Source of the DNA: an uncultured Bacteroidota bacterium
GTDB lineage: Bacteria; Bacteroidota; Bacteroidia; Flavobacteriales; Flavobacteriaceae
Length of the DNA stretch: 64,000 bases
Direction: 5' to 3'
NCBI GenBank assembly: GCA_903839195.1
Contig: CAIMBK010000070.1
Coordinates: 5,557-69,556 of the forward strand
A program made the position numbers and the translations under genes. Positions 8,635-18,812 of the stretch are shown here, one piece after another. Numbering within the stretch: the first letter of the stretch is position 1; each line of letters begins with the position of its first letter. The notes below the pieces were generated by a model. That model searched no databases. It was not told the DNA's origin and worked only from the letters and a program-made list of their open reading frames with translations.

Positions 8635-9171
8635 TTATTTTTCCATTAATATTAAAGCAAAAACAGCATAATTGATCATGTCTTGATAATTCGCGTCGAT
8701 GCCTTCAGAAACTAAAGTTTTTCCTTTGTTGTCTTCAATTTGTTTTACGCGCAATAATTTTTGCAAAATCAAATCGGTCAACGAACTTACGCGCATTTCG
8801 CGCCACGCTTCTCCATAATCATGGTTTTTGTCTTCCATTAATTGTTTGGTTTGCACAATTTTAGCGTCATATAATTCGGTGGCTCTTGCGGTGTCCAAGT
8901 CGGGTTGTTCGGCAACGCCCAATTCCAGTTGAATCAAAGCCATTATCGAATAATTGATAATTCCAATGAATTCTCCAGAAGCATCATCGGCTACTTTTTG
9001 AACGTCATTTTCTTGCAAACTTCTGATTCGTTGCGCCTTAATGAAAATTTGATCAGTTAGTGACGGTAAACGTAAAATACGCCACGCACAACCATAATCT
9101 TTCATTTTATTCATAAATAAGGAGCGACAAACAGCAATTATCTTATCGTATTCTTGAGAAGTATTCTTCAT
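8635..9171 (-). CDS. DUF1599 domain-containing protein
   Basis: There are two internal repeats: KDYGCAWRILRLPSLTDQIFIKAQRIRSLQ and HDYGEAWREMRVSSLTDLILQKLLRVKQIE. The ORF track extends to 9270, but the ATG at 9171 (MKNTSQEYDK...) avoids overlap with the divergent folP. Confidence 0.8.
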   Translation of the reverse strand: MKNTSQEYDKIIAVCRSLFMNKMKDYGCAWRILRLPSLTDQIFIKAQRIRSLQENDVQKVADDASGEFIGIINYSIMALIQLELGVAEQPDLDTARATELYDAKIVQTKQLMEDKNHDYGEAWREMRVSSLTDLILQKLLRVKQIEDNKGKTLVSEGIDANYQDMINYAVFALILMEK

Positions 9172-9251
9172 TAATGATGTATATTTGTATGCAATTTTTT
9201 CCAAAAATAAGAATAATTTTTTGATTGAAGATTGGTGATTACGAATAATTA

Positions 9252-10091
9252 ATGTACAAAAAAATGACAATTAATTGTAAAGGAAACCTCATTGATTGCA
9301 ATATTCCCAAAGTCATGGGGATTTTGAACGTTACGCCCAATTCCTTTTTTGATGGTGGAAAACATTCCGATACAGAAGCTATATTATTTCAAGTAGAAAA
9401 AATGCTTCAAGAAGGAGCAACTTTTATTGACGTTGGCGGCTATTCCAGTAAACCCAATGCCGAATTTGTTTCGGAACAAGAGGAACTGAATCGTGTTTTG
9501 CCAATTGTACAATTGATTTTAAATCGTTTTCCAGAAACTCTTTTGTCGATTGATACTTTTCGAAGTTCGGTTGCAAAGGCTTGTTTAGAAAATGGCGCGG
9601 CCATGATTAATGACATTTCTGCTGGAAAATTAGATGATAAAATGCTCGAAACCATCGCCAATTTTCAAGTTCCTTATTGTATGATGCACCTTCGAGGCAC
9701 GCCCGAAACCATGCAAACTCTAACCAATTATGATTTTATTGTCAAAGAAATGCTTTTCTATTTTTCAGAACGCGTAGCTGCGGCTCGAGCTTTGGGAATA
9801 AATGATTTGATCATTGACCCAGGTTTTGGATTTGCAAAAACAACGGAACAAAATTTTGAAGTATTGCAAAAATTAGAATTATTCCAGACGTTTGAATTGC
9901 CTATTTTGGTTGGTTTTTCAAGAAAGTCTATGATCTATAAAATCCTAAATTCGAATGCTTCGGAAGCTTTAAATGGCACTACGGTATTAAATACATTGGC
10001 ACTTTCAAAAGGCGCTAAAATTCTTCGCGTTCATGATGTAAAAGAAGCCGTAGAATGTGTTAAATTATATGAGAAAACGTCAAATTATTGA
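9252..10091 (+). CDS. folP: Dihydropteroate synthase
   Basis: 279 aa with GILNVTPNSFFDGG, IDVGGYSSKP, MINDISAG and DPGFGFAKT motifs. An alternative ATG lies at 9264. Confidence 0.95.
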   Translation: MYKKMTINCKGNLIDCNIPKVMGILNVTPNSFFDGGKHSDTEAILFQVEKMLQEGATFIDVGGYSSKPNAEFVSEQEELNRVLPIVQLILNRFPETLLSIDTFRSSVAKACLENGAAMINDISAGKLDDKMLETIANFQVPYCMMHLRGTPETMQTLTNYDFIVKEMLFYFSERVAAARALGINDLIIDPGFGFAKTTEQNFEVLQKLELFQTFELPILVGFSRKSMIYKILNSNASEALNGTTVLNTLALSKGAKILRVHDVKEAVECVKLYEKTSNY

Positions 10092-10558
10092 TGGTGATAG
10101 GGTTCGTTTCTTAAAATTGTAAACCCACGATACAATTGTTCAATAAAAAATAACCGCACCATTTGATGGGAAAATGTCATTTGCGAAAGCGCTATTTTTC
10201 CATTGGCTTTGGCATAAACGGCGTCTGAAAAACCATAAGGTCCGCCAATTACAAAAACCAAAGTCTTAATTCCTGAATTCATTTTCTTTTGCAATTCCTC
10301 CGAAAAACTCACGCTAGAAAAGGCTTTTCCGTTTTCGTCCAAAAGAAGCAATTGGTCGGTGGGAGTTATTTTGGCCAAAATTAATTCGCCTTCTTTTTCT
10401 TTTTGTTGACTTTCGGATAAGTTTTTTACATTTTTGATATCGGGGATGAGTTCCAAATCAAATTTGATGTAAAACGACAACCTTTTTTGATAGTCATCAA
10501 TCAATGCTTGTAAATTTTTATCGTCGGTTTTGCCAATGGCAATGAGTTTAATATTCAT
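10085..10558 (-). CDS. rlmH: 23S rRNA (pseudouridine1915-N3)-methyltransferase RlmH
   Basis: The SPOUT fold protein starts MNIKLIAIGKT and ends ...FSHQMVRLFFIEQLYRGFTILRNEPYHH. The track start at 10582 is probably over-extended. Confidence 0.9.
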   Translation of the reverse strand: MNIKLIAIGKTDDKNLQALIDDYQKRLSFYIKFDLELIPDIKNVKNLSESQQKEKEGELILAKITPTDQLLLLDENGKAFSSVSFSEELQKKMNSGIKTLVFVIGGPYGFSDAVYAKANGKIALSQMTFSHQMVRLFFIEQLYRGFTILRNEPYHHQ

Positions 10559-10764
10559 ATAATTTGAATAAAATAATGTCATAAATTGACTTCAAATATA
10601 GGAAAATTGATTTCAGATTTGACATTTTCGCATATTCATTAGTACCATAATAAAAAAATTGGATTAGGAATTTTACTTATTTTAAGAACTATTACTACCA
10701 AAAACACCTTTTTAAATTTCCAAATAAAATCCTATCTTAGCCTTTTGTAAAATTTTCCGCATCA

Positions 10765-11625
10765 ATGATTAGTGAAGTCCAATTTCAAGACGAATTACAA
10801 CAAATTATTTCGAACGCTCTTCGGGAAGACGTTGGGCCAGGAGATTATAGCTCGTTGGCCTGTATTCCTAATTTGGCAAGAGGTAAGACGAAATTATTGG
10901 TCAAAGAAAACGGAATAATTGCAGGTGTGGCATTTGCGAAAATGATTTTTGAATATGTGGATTCCGATTTGCAAATAGAAACGTTTATTCAAGACGGAAT
11001 GCCCGTAAAAAAAGGCGATGAGGTTTTTCATGTTTTCGGAAGTTCGCAATCCATTCTTAAAGCCGAACGCGTTGTGCTTAATTCGATGCAACGGATGTCG
11101 GCCATTGCCACGAAAACGAAATTTTTCGTTTCTTTATTAGAAGGAACACAAACAAAAATTCTAGATACTCGAAAAACAACTCCAGGATTTCGTGCCTGCG
11201 AAAAATGGGCGGTGAAAATAGGAGGGGGCGAAAACCATCGTTTTGCGCTCTACGATATGATTATGCTCAAAGACAATCACAATGATTTTGCAGGAGGAAT
11301 TCCATTGGCAATTGCCAAAACAAAAGCATTTTTAAAGGAAAACAACCTCGATTTAAAAATAATTGTAGAAGCCCGAAACCTTGAAGAAGTTCAGGAAATT
11401 ATAAATTCAGAAGGTGTTTATAGAATATTGCTTGATAATTTTGATTTCGAAACTACCAAGAAAGCCGTTGCTTTAATCGGCTCAAAATGCTTGACGGAAT
11501 CTTCGGGAAACATTAACGAAAATACAATAAGAAACTATGCCGAATGTGGCGTAAACTATATTTCATCGGGAGCATTAACCCATTCGGTCCACAATTTGGA
11601 CTTGAGTTTAAAAGCATTTGATTAA
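10765..11625 (+). CDS. nadC: Nicotinate-nucleotide diphosphorylase (quinolinate phosphoribosyltransferase)
   Basis: 286 aa with ILDTRKTTPGFR, GGGENHRFALYDMIMLKDNH and YISSGALTHS motifs. Confidence 0.95.
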   Translation: MISEVQFQDELQQIISNALREDVGPGDYSSLACIPNLARGKTKLLVKENGIIAGVAFAKMIFEYVDSDLQIETFIQDGMPVKKGDEVFHVFGSSQSILKAERVVLNSMQRMSAIATKTKFFVSLLEGTQTKILDTRKTTPGFRACEKWAVKIGGGENHRFALYDMIMLKDNHNDFAGGIPLAIAKTKAFLKENNLDLKIIVEARNLEEVQEIINSEGVYRILLDNFDFETTKKAVALIGSKCLTESSGNINENTIRNYAECGVNYISSGALTHSVHNLDLSLKAFD

Positions 11626-11640
11626 TTAAAAGCCAAACAA

Positions 11641-12570
11641 ATGACAAAAGAAAAAATACATAAATTAGAAAAAATACCCGTTTTACGAATTCTTGTTCGT
11701 GGGCTAAAAAATATAAAACTTCCTTGGCTTCAAGGAATGTCTTTCTTTGAATTACTGGAATTATACATCAAAGGAATTATTGATGGCGCAGTTTCCTATC
11801 ACGCAAGTGCCGTTGCTTTTAGTTTCTTTATGGCTTTGTTTCCGTTTGCGTTGTTTATTTTGAACCTAATTCCGTTCATCCCAATCGAAGGTTTTCAGAT
11901 CGATTTTCTGAACTTTGTTCGCGAAGGCGTTCCTCCAAATACCTATAATGCGATTGCCAATATTATTAATGATATTCTCAATAATAGTCATTCCGGCTTA
12001 ATTTCATCTGGTTTTTTGCTTTCTATTTTCTTGATGGCCAATGGAATTAACGGCATTTTAGGTGGCTTTGAATCGTCCAAACATATTATTGACAAACGCG
12101 GATTTTTCAGCCAATACGTAATCGCTTTGGGATTGTCATTATTATTGTCTTTTTTATTATTACTAACCGTTTCATCCATAGTTGTTTTTGAAGTTTTTAT
12201 TCAAAAATCAATGATTCAGAATGTACTAAGCGACCAAATTCCACTCATTATTTTGAGCCGCTACGTTTTTGTAATACTAATGTTGTTAATTACCATTTCG
12301 GTTTTATTCCGATTTGGAACCAAACAATCCCACAAACCACCATTCATAACCATTGGCTCCGTTTTCACCACAATATTAGTCATTATTTCATCCTATTTTT
12401 TTGGTATTTGGGCATTGAAATTCTCAAAATATAACGAACTTTATGGTTCAATTGGTACTTTATTAATCATGATGTTTTACATTTGGATAAATTGTATGGT
12501 ACTATTATTGGGTTTTGAACTCAACGCAATTATTGCAAAACTCAAAAAGAAAAATGAAATTAATAATTAG
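11641..12570 (+). CDS. YihY/BrkB family membrane protein
   Basis: 309 aa polytopic membrane protein. The segments YHASAVAFSFFMALFPF and YGSIGTLLIMMFYIWINCMVLLLGFELN are typical of the YihY family. Confidence 0.85.
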   Translation: MTKEKIHKLEKIPVLRILVRGLKNIKLPWLQGMSFFELLELYIKGIIDGAVSYHASAVAFSFFMALFPFALFILNLIPFIPIEGFQIDFLNFVREGVPPNTYNAIANIINDILNNSHSGLISSGFLLSIFLMANGINGILGGFESSKHIIDKRGFFSQYVIALGLSLLLSFLLLLTVSSIVVFEVFIQKSMIQNVLSDQIPLIILSRYVFVILMLLITISVLFRFGTKQSHKPPFITIGSVFTTILVIISSYFFGIWALKFSKYNELYGSIGTLLIMMFYIWINCMVLLLGFELNAIIAKLKKKNEINN

Positions 12571-12652
12571 GAGCTAATTCCTGCTGTACGCTATATCCAC
12601 GTGATTGCTTCGTCACTCGCAATAACGTGGGATGCCGCTTCCATCAGGGCTA
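12571..12652. repeat. GC-rich REP-like intergenic element with a strong hairpin
   Basis: The hairpin spans 12597..12630: ccacgtgattgc / ttcgtcactc / gcaataacgtgg, a 12-bp stem with 1 mismatch. The flanks (gctaattcctgctgtacgctatatcc ... ggatgccgcttccatcagggcta) resemble dispersed Flavobacteriaceae intergenic repeats. Confidence 0.6.
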
Positions 12653-12665
12653 AAAATCACTACAA

Positions 12666-13097
12666 ATGAAGAAAATTAGTGTTTATTTATTGCTTTTCCT
12701 GCTCACAAATATTTGTGTTGCACAAAGTGGGGTAATTGGAAAATGGAATACAATTGACGACGTGACTGGAAAAGTGGTTTCTGTTGTCGAAATTTTTGAA
12801 CATAACAACAAAATTTACGGTAAAGTTCAAGAAATTTTTAATCCAAAAACCCGCAATCGAGTTTGTGAAAATTGTCCTGGTGAGGACAAAAACAAAACAA
12901 TTTTGGGATTAACCATCCTAAAGGGTCTCGAAAAAGAAGGCGATAGCTATTGCAACGGAAAAATTTTGGATCCAAAAACAGGTAAATTATACAAATGTTC
13001 TATCGCTTTGGAAGGAAAAGACAAACTCAAAGTTCATGGCTATATAGGAATTCCACTTTTTGGACGCACCCAATATTGGGAACGAATAAAACATTAG
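12666..13097 (+). CDS. DUF2147 domain-containing secreted protein
   Basis: 143 aa with a signal peptide and the segments GKWNTIDDVTGKVVSVVEI and GKILDPKTGKLYKCSI, which are typical of DUF2147. Confidence 0.75.
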   Translation: MKKISVYLLLFLLTNICVAQSGVIGKWNTIDDVTGKVVSVVEIFEHNNKIYGKVQEIFNPKTRNRVCENCPGEDKNKTILGLTILKGLEKEGDSYCNGKILDPKTGKLYKCSIALEGKDKLKVHGYIGIPLFGRTQYWERIKH

Positions 13098-13134
13098 CAG
13101 CAATTGTCAATAATCATAAAAAAGCAAACTATTA

Positions 13135-15588
13135 ATGCCATTTTTTGTCGAAGTAATTTTACCGCTTTCCCTTTCAAAAACGTTTACCTATCAGGTTTCC
13201 GAGTCCGAATTTGATTATATCAAAATCGGAATGCGGGTGGCGGTTCCTTTCGGAAAAAGTAAAATTTATACAGCATTGGTCATCGAGCTTCATAACAACC
13301 AACCAACTCTTTACGACGCCAAAGAAATTCATCAAATCTTGGACGAAATTCCAATAGTTAGCGAGATTCAAATTGCCCATTGGCAATGGATTGCGTCCTA
13401 TTATATGTGTGCCATTGGCGATGTTTATCGCGGTGCAATGCCCAGCGGATTATTACTGGAAAGCGAAACCATAATTTCTCAAAAAAACGATACTTTTCTG
13501 GATGAAAATCAATTTTCTGACGAAGAATATTTAATTTATGAAGCGCTTCAACAACAAAGTTCCTTAAAAGTAGCCGACATTATGGCTATTTTAAATAAAA
13601 AAAATTGTTTCCCAATTATTCAAAAACTGCTCGACAAAAACGTGATTGCGCTTGACGAAGAAATGATTGAAACCTACAAACCGAAATTAGTTAAATATGT
13701 TCGGTTGCATCCCAATTATGAAACGGATGAAGCTTTGGGAGAATTACTTGAGATTCTAAAAAGTGCTTCCAAACAGAAAGCGCTTTTATTGCAGTATTTT
13801 CAGTTGAAAGCGATGGATCAAAATCCAATTTTAGCAAAAAAACTCATAGATTCTGCAAATTTAACTCCTGCCGTTTTGAAAGCATTAGTCGATAAGGCTG
13901 TTTTTGAAACGTATTATATTCAAGAAGATCGTGTAAATTTTTCCGATAATTCAAAGCCTAAAAAACTCGAATTAAGTCACGCGCAACAAATCGCTTACGA
14001 TGCTATTAATGATCATTTAAAACAAAAAGAAGTTTGTCTTTTGCACGGTGTAACTTCCAGCGGCAAAACAGAAATTTACACTAAAATCATTGAAGATTAT
14101 CTAGAAAAAGACCAACAAGTATTGTATTTATTGCCCGAAATCGCTTTAACAACACAATTAGTAAGTCGGTTAAGTCATTATTTTGGAAATAAAGTAGCAG
14201 TTTTTCATTCGAAATATAGTAATAATGAACGCATAGAAGTTTGGAATCAGGTGAATGCCAATTCGGAAAAAGCCAAAATTGTAATTGGTGCACGTTCGGC
14301 TTTGTTTTTGCCTTTTACTAATTTAGGTTGCATTATTATAGACGAAGAACACGAACAAACTTTTAAACAAGTGGATCCCGCGCCCCGATATCATGCTCGA
14401 GATGCAGCGATTATTTTGGCCAATTTTCATAAAGCCAAAGTAATTTTAGGTTCCGCCACTCCAAGTTTAGAAACCTATTATAATGCCAATTCTGGGAAAT
14501 ATGGATTGGTAACACTTTCCGAACGATACGGAAATGTGATGATGCCTGATATTACTTTAGTGGATTTAAAAGATAAATATTTTAGAAAAAAAATGTCGGG
14601 TCATTTTAGCGATGTTTTAATTGAAGAAATTTCCAAAGCAATTACATTGGGCGAACAAGTGATCCTTTTTCAAAACCGTCGTGGCTATTCGCCATTGATG
14701 GAATGTATGACTTGTGGTCATGTTCCGCAATGCCAACAATGCGATGTGAGTTTGACGTATCACAAACACAAAAACCAATTGCGATGCCATTATTGTGGCT
14801 ATTCAATTGCGAAACCAACCAATTGTCACAGTTGTTCGAGTGTCGATTTGACTACAAAAGGTTTCGGAACCGAGCAAATCCAGCAAGAATTAATTTCCCT
14901 TTTTCCGAGCGCTACTATTGGCCGAATGGATCAAGATACGACTCGAGGAAAATTTGGTTTTGAAAAAATAATAAACAGTTTCAAAAACCGAGAAATTTCG
15001 ATTTTGGTTGGAACCCAAATGCTCGCCAAAGGATTGGACTTTGATAACGTTACATTAGTAGGAATTATGAACGCCGACAACATGTTGTATCATCCTGATT
15101 TTAGAGCTTTTGAAAGAAGTTTTCAAATGATGACGCAGGTTTCGGGAAGGTCGGGTCGTTCCGAAAAAAGAGGTAATGTAATTATTCAAACTTATAATCC
15201 AAATCACAATACGATTCAACAAGTGACAAATAATGATTATTCTGGAATGTATAATGAACAGCTTTACGAACGAAAGAATTTTCAATATCCGCCGTTTTTT
15301 AAATTAATAAAATTAACCATCAAACACCGTGATTACGATAAATTGAAAGAAGGTTCTATGTGGTTGTATGAAGTTTTGAAACAACATTTGCGGATGCCAG
15401 TTTTAGGCCCCGAAGAACCATCAATAAGTAGAATTCGAAACGAATACATTCGAACTATATTAATAAAAATACCAACAAATTTGGCTGTTGGTTCTACAAA
15501 AAAACAACTTCAAAAAATGTTAAATAGTTTTGAAGCCGTTCCGCAGTATCGTTCAATAAAAACAATTATAAATGTTGATTATTATTAA
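13135..15588 (+). CDS. priA: Primosomal protein N' (replication restart helicase PriA)
   Basis: 817 aa with Walker A GVTSSGKTE, DEEH, and the Cys-rich zinc region CMTCGHVPQCQQCDVSLTYHKHKNQLRCHYCGY. Confidence 0.95.
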   Translation: MPFFVEVILPLSLSKTFTYQVSESEFDYIKIGMRVAVPFGKSKIYTALVIELHNNQPTLYDAKEIHQILDEIPIVSEIQIAHWQWIASYYMCAIGDVYRGAMPSGLLLESETIISQKNDTFLDENQFSDEEYLIYEALQQQSSLKVADIMAILNKKNCFPIIQKLLDKNVIALDEEMIETYKPKLVKYVRLHPNYETDEALGELLEILKSASKQKALLLQYFQLKAMDQNPILAKKLIDSANLTPAVLKALVDKAVFETYYIQEDRVNFSDNSKPKKLELSHAQQIAYDAINDHLKQKEVCLLHGVTSSGKTEIYTKIIEDYLEKDQQVLYLLPEIALTTQLVSRLSHYFGNKVAVFHSKYSNNERIEVWNQVNANSEKAKIVIGARSALFLPFTNLGCIIIDEEHEQTFKQVDPAPRYHARDAAIILANFHKAKVILGSATPSLETYYNANSGKYGLVTLSERYGNVMMPDITLVDLKDKYFRKKMSGHFSDVLIEEISKAITLGEQVILFQNRRGYSPLMECMTCGHVPQCQQCDVSLTYHKHKNQLRCHYCGYSIAKPTNCHSCSSVDLTTKGFGTEQIQQELISLFPSATIGRMDQDTTRGKFGFEKIINSFKNREISILVGTQMLAKGLDFDNVTLVGIMNADNMLYHPDFRAFERSFQMMTQVSGRSGRSEKRGNVIIQTYNPNHNTIQQVTNNDYSGMYNEQLYERKNFQYPPFFKLIKLTIKHRDYDKLKEGSMWLYEVLKQHLRMPVLGPEEPSISRIRNEYIRTILIKIPTNLAVGSTKKQLQKMLNSFEAVPQYRSIKTIINVDYY

Positions 15589-15840
15589 TTTGATACCAAG
15601 CTTTTTTTGATAAAATGGGATTAAAAAAAATAAAATAATCATTAAGTTTGAAAAAAATAAATCAGAATTCTGAAGAAGCCGTTAACCTATTTATTGTTTT
15701 TAATTTTTTGCTACTAAATAGGGGGCTATGTCATCAGTTTTAATATAATGAAATGCGGCTTAGCTTGCTATTGCTGGATTCTTCTTTTAAGAATGCGGGC
15801 TTTAACTATTTTTAATACAAAACAATTTAATTAAAACATC

Positions 15841-18027
15841 ATGAAATTCAAATTATTGGGACTACTATTATTGGTTTTTTTCGCTAATGAAATCAGCGCC
15901 CAAACCAAGCAAGATTCTATAAATCAGTTAAAAAACGTAACTGTAAAAGCGCGAAAAAAAACGGTTAAAGAACGCTCCGAATATAAAAAAAATGCACAAA
16001 CAACTGAAGTATTAACCTCCGAAGAATTGAACCGAAATAATCCCGCTTTTTTAGATCAAACTTTAGGAGTTATGTCTGGCGTTCAGGTTGACAAAAGAAC
16101 GCAATTGGGTGGTCAACGAATTGTTATTCGAGGGTACGGAAACGATCAAAAATTTAATAACTGGGGGATTAAAGCCTATTACAATCAATTTCCATTAACT
16201 AACGCTGAGGGCGTAACGATTTTAGATGATGTTGATTTCTCATTAGTTGATAATATCGAAGTGATAAAAGGACCTGCGGCTACCATGTATGGCGGAGGTG
16301 TTGGTGGAGTTGTTCGTTTCTACTTAAAAAATTCAGATGAAAAAGGGATTTCGATAAGTCAAAATTCGGCCGCAGGTTCTTTTGGTCTTTTTCAATCCAA
16401 CACTCGTTTGGATTATGTCGCTGATAATGCTTCAATGCTTCTAAATTATGGTCATTTGGAATCAAACGGATATCGTCCAAATGGGGAGAGTTTGAAGAAT
16501 TTTTTTACTTATAAAGGCGATTTTAAATATTCTGACAAACAAACGGTTTCGGTATTTTTAAGTCATAATTTTTCACATGAAGGAATTTCTGGTCAAATTC
16601 CGTATTCCTATTATTATGCTAATCAAGATCCAGGAAATGAAGCATATATCAAGAAAAATGCACATTTAGATATGCAATCTACTCGTTTTGGCGTTTCCAA
16701 TAACTTTAAATTCACCAAATCATTTAGCAATTCCACCGTGATTTTCTATTCTGGAACGGAATCCGAAAGAGTTGTAGCCGGTGCTTATGAACAAACTAGT
16801 TCGCCTAATTACGGCATTCGTTCTGTTTTTACAAAATCAAATGATATTTCAAATACTATTGAAAATGTTTTGGATATTGGAACAGAAATTCAACAATGCA
16901 AGTCGTTAATCTCTAATTTCAGATTCAAAGGAACTGACGATACGAATCCACTACTTGTTAATCCGATTTCTGTTGGAAATTATTATAAATATATAACTAG
17001 TCAGCAATCTGTTTTCATTCATGACCGAATAAATTTTAAACCAATTAATTTGTCTCTGATACTAGGTTTGAGCGGCAACCATATTGAATATGAGCGCATT
17101 GATTTATTGGCTTTACCAGGATTAATTACTGGAAATACTTCAAATACGTCCTTTTATAAATCATTTAAAACCTCTTTAAATCCTCATATTGCTGTTCAAA
17201 AAATATATAAAGATCAAATTCTTAACGTGTCATATAGTGAAGGATATAATGCGCCAACGGCTTCAACATCCTATATATCGGCATTAAATAAAACTAATGA
17301 TAGTTTGCAACCTGAAAAAGCAAAAATGGTTGAAGTTTCAGCCCAAGGTTTGTTATTTAAAACCCGATTGGATTATCAAGTGGCACTTTTTAATATGAAC
17401 ATTGATAATAAATTAACGCAATTGAGCGCTGCAAATCCTGCCGGAGGAAGTTATAATTACACGGCAAATACAGGAAATCAATTAAATAAAGGTTTGGAAG
17501 CGAGTGTTGGATATGTTTATGAGCCAAAATCAAATGCAATTGTTTCGAAAGTGACTTCGTTTGTGAATTTCTCTTATTATGATTTTAAATACACCGACTT
17601 TTCTACAAGAGTTGGCGGAGTTTTAACCGATTTTTCGAACAAAAAAGTTGTTGGAGTTCCCGCACAAAAATATTCATTTGGAGCTGATTTTCAGTCGCCA
17701 ACAAGAATTTATTTAAATACTACTTATAACTACTTAAGCAACGTTTATTCTGATTTTGCAAACACCAATTCTGTAAAAGGATTCGGTCTTTTGAATGCCA
17801 AATTGGGTTATAAATTGGCTTCCAAAAACAAGAAATACAGTATAGATTTATTTGCGGCAGGAAATAATTTAACCAATCAAACGAATTACACCTTTCTGTT
17901 TTTAGGCGGAAATATAAATGATGTCGATGCTGGAAATGGCTTTCCGACAGGAATGGCCGCAGATGTAAATCCAGGGTCAAGCAAAGCTTATTTTTGGACA
18001 GGTTTGAATCTTAAATATCATTTTTAG
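15841..18027 (+). CDS. TonB-dependent outer-membrane receptor
   Basis: 728 aa with a signal peptide and a plug region (VEVIKGPAATMYGGGVGGVVRF). The protein is beta-barrel-like and ends with a terminal aromatic (...LNLKYHF). Confidence 0.85.
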   Translation: MKFKLLGLLLLVFFANEISAQTKQDSINQLKNVTVKARKKTVKERSEYKKNAQTTEVLTSEELNRNNPAFLDQTLGVMSGVQVDKRTQLGGQRIVIRGYGNDQKFNNWGIKAYYNQFPLTNAEGVTILDDVDFSLVDNIEVIKGPAATMYGGGVGGVVRFYLKNSDEKGISISQNSAAGSFGLFQSNTRLDYVADNASMLLNYGHLESNGYRPNGESLKNFFTYKGDFKYSDKQTVSVFLSHNFSHEGISGQIPYSYYYANQDPGNEAYIKKNAHLDMQSTRFGVSNNFKFTKSFSNSTVIFYSGTESERVVAGAYEQTSSPNYGIRSVFTKSNDISNTIENVLDIGTEIQQCKSLISNFRFKGTDDTNPLLVNPISVGNYYKYITSQQSVFIHDRINFKPINLSLILGLSGNHIEYERIDLLALPGLITGNTSNTSFYKSFKTSLNPHIAVQKIYKDQILNVSYSEGYNAPTASTSYISALNKTNDSLQPEKAKMVEVSAQGLLFKTRLDYQVALFNMNIDNKLTQLSAANPAGGSYNYTANTGNQLNKGLEASVGYVYEPKSNAIVSKVTSFVNFSYYDFKYTDFSTRVGGVLTDFSNKKVVGVPAQKYSFGADFQSPTRIYLNTTYNYLSNVYSDFANTNSVKGFGLLNAKLGYKLASKNKKYSIDLFAAGNNLTNQTNYTFLFLGGNINDVDAGNGFPTGMAADVNPGSSKAYFWTGLNLKYHF

Positions 18028-18091
18028 TAAATAGCATTTCTAAAAAGGTTGTAAAATAGGGATTTATAGGCAAAGAAAATCAACAAGTTTG

Positions 18092-18122
18092 TTTGCAAAT
18101 CAAAATAAAAGAAGTATTTTTG
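18092..18122 (+). promoter_or_regulatory. Bacteroidota sigma-A type promoter for the rpsF-rpsR-rplI operon
   Basis: TTTG (18092-18095), a 19-nt spacer, then TATTTTTG (18115-18122). This matches the -33 TTG / -7 TAnnTTTG consensus, 32 nt upstream of the rpsF ATG. Confidence 0.55.
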
Positions 18123-18153
18123 CACCCAATTTAACAATAAAAAAATATTTTTT

Positions 18154-18495
18154 ATGAATCATTATGAAACTGTTTTCATTTTAAATCCCGTTTTATCTGA
18201 AGTTCAGGTAAAGGAAACAGTAAGCAAATTCGAAGATTTTCTTACATCCAGAGGAGCAGAAATGGTATCTAAAGAGGATTGGGGTCTGAAAAAAATGGCC
18301 TACGAAATCCAACACAAAAAAAGTGGTTTTTATCACTTATTCGAATTCAAAGTAGCAGGAGAAGTTCTTATTGCCTTTGAAACAGAATTTAGACGTGACG
18401 AACGAGTAATGCGTTTTCTAACCGTAAGTTTAGACAAACATGCAATTTCTTGGGCTGAGAGAAGAAGAACAAAATTAAAAGCATCTAAAGCGTAA
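18154..18495 (+). CDS. rpsF: 30S ribosomal protein S6
   Basis: 113 aa. [16 protein letters not shown]...GFYHLFEF is typical of S6. Confidence 0.95.
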   Translation: MNHYETVFILNPVLSEVQVKETVSKFEDFLTSRGAEMVSKEDWGLKKMAYEIQHKKSGFYHLFEFKVAGEVLIAFETEFRRDERVMRFLTVSLDKHAISWAERRRTKLKASKA

Positions 18496-18500
18496 TCATT

Positions 18501-18797
18501 ATGTCAACATTACAACAATCAGCTTCAGGAAAAAAAGATGGGGATATCAGATATCTTACGCCTTTAAACATAGAAACTAACAAAACTAAAAAGTATTGTC
18601 GTTTCAAAAAATCGGGTATCAAATATATTGATTATAAAGATGCCGATTTCTTATTGAAATTCGTTAACGAACAAGGAAAAATTCTCCCACGTCGTTTAAC
18701 TGGAACTTCATTGAAATATCAAAGAAAAGTGTCTGTTGCCGTAAAAAGAGCACGTCACTTAGCATTAATGCCATATGTGGCTGATTTACTAAAATAA
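18501..18797 (+). CDS. rpsR: 30S ribosomal protein S18
   Basis: 98 aa with [14 protein letters not shown]...[14 protein letters not shown]....VKRAR.LAL. Confidence 0.95.
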   Translation: MSTLQQSASGKKDGDIRYLTPLNIETNKTKKYCRFKKSGIKYIDYKDADFLLKFVNEQGKILPRRLTGTSLKYQRKVSVAVKRARHLALMPYVADLLK

Positions 18798-18812
18798 TAA
18801 AGAAGCAAAATT

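Noticed and set aside
15589-15840. A riboswitch (TPP or cobalamin) upstream of the TonB-dependent receptor.
   Set aside because: I could not find the conserved CUGAGA / ACCUGAUCUGGAUAAUGCC elements of TPP or the GCCACUG B12 box. This needs cmscan to be settled, so it is kept only as a low-interest motif finding.
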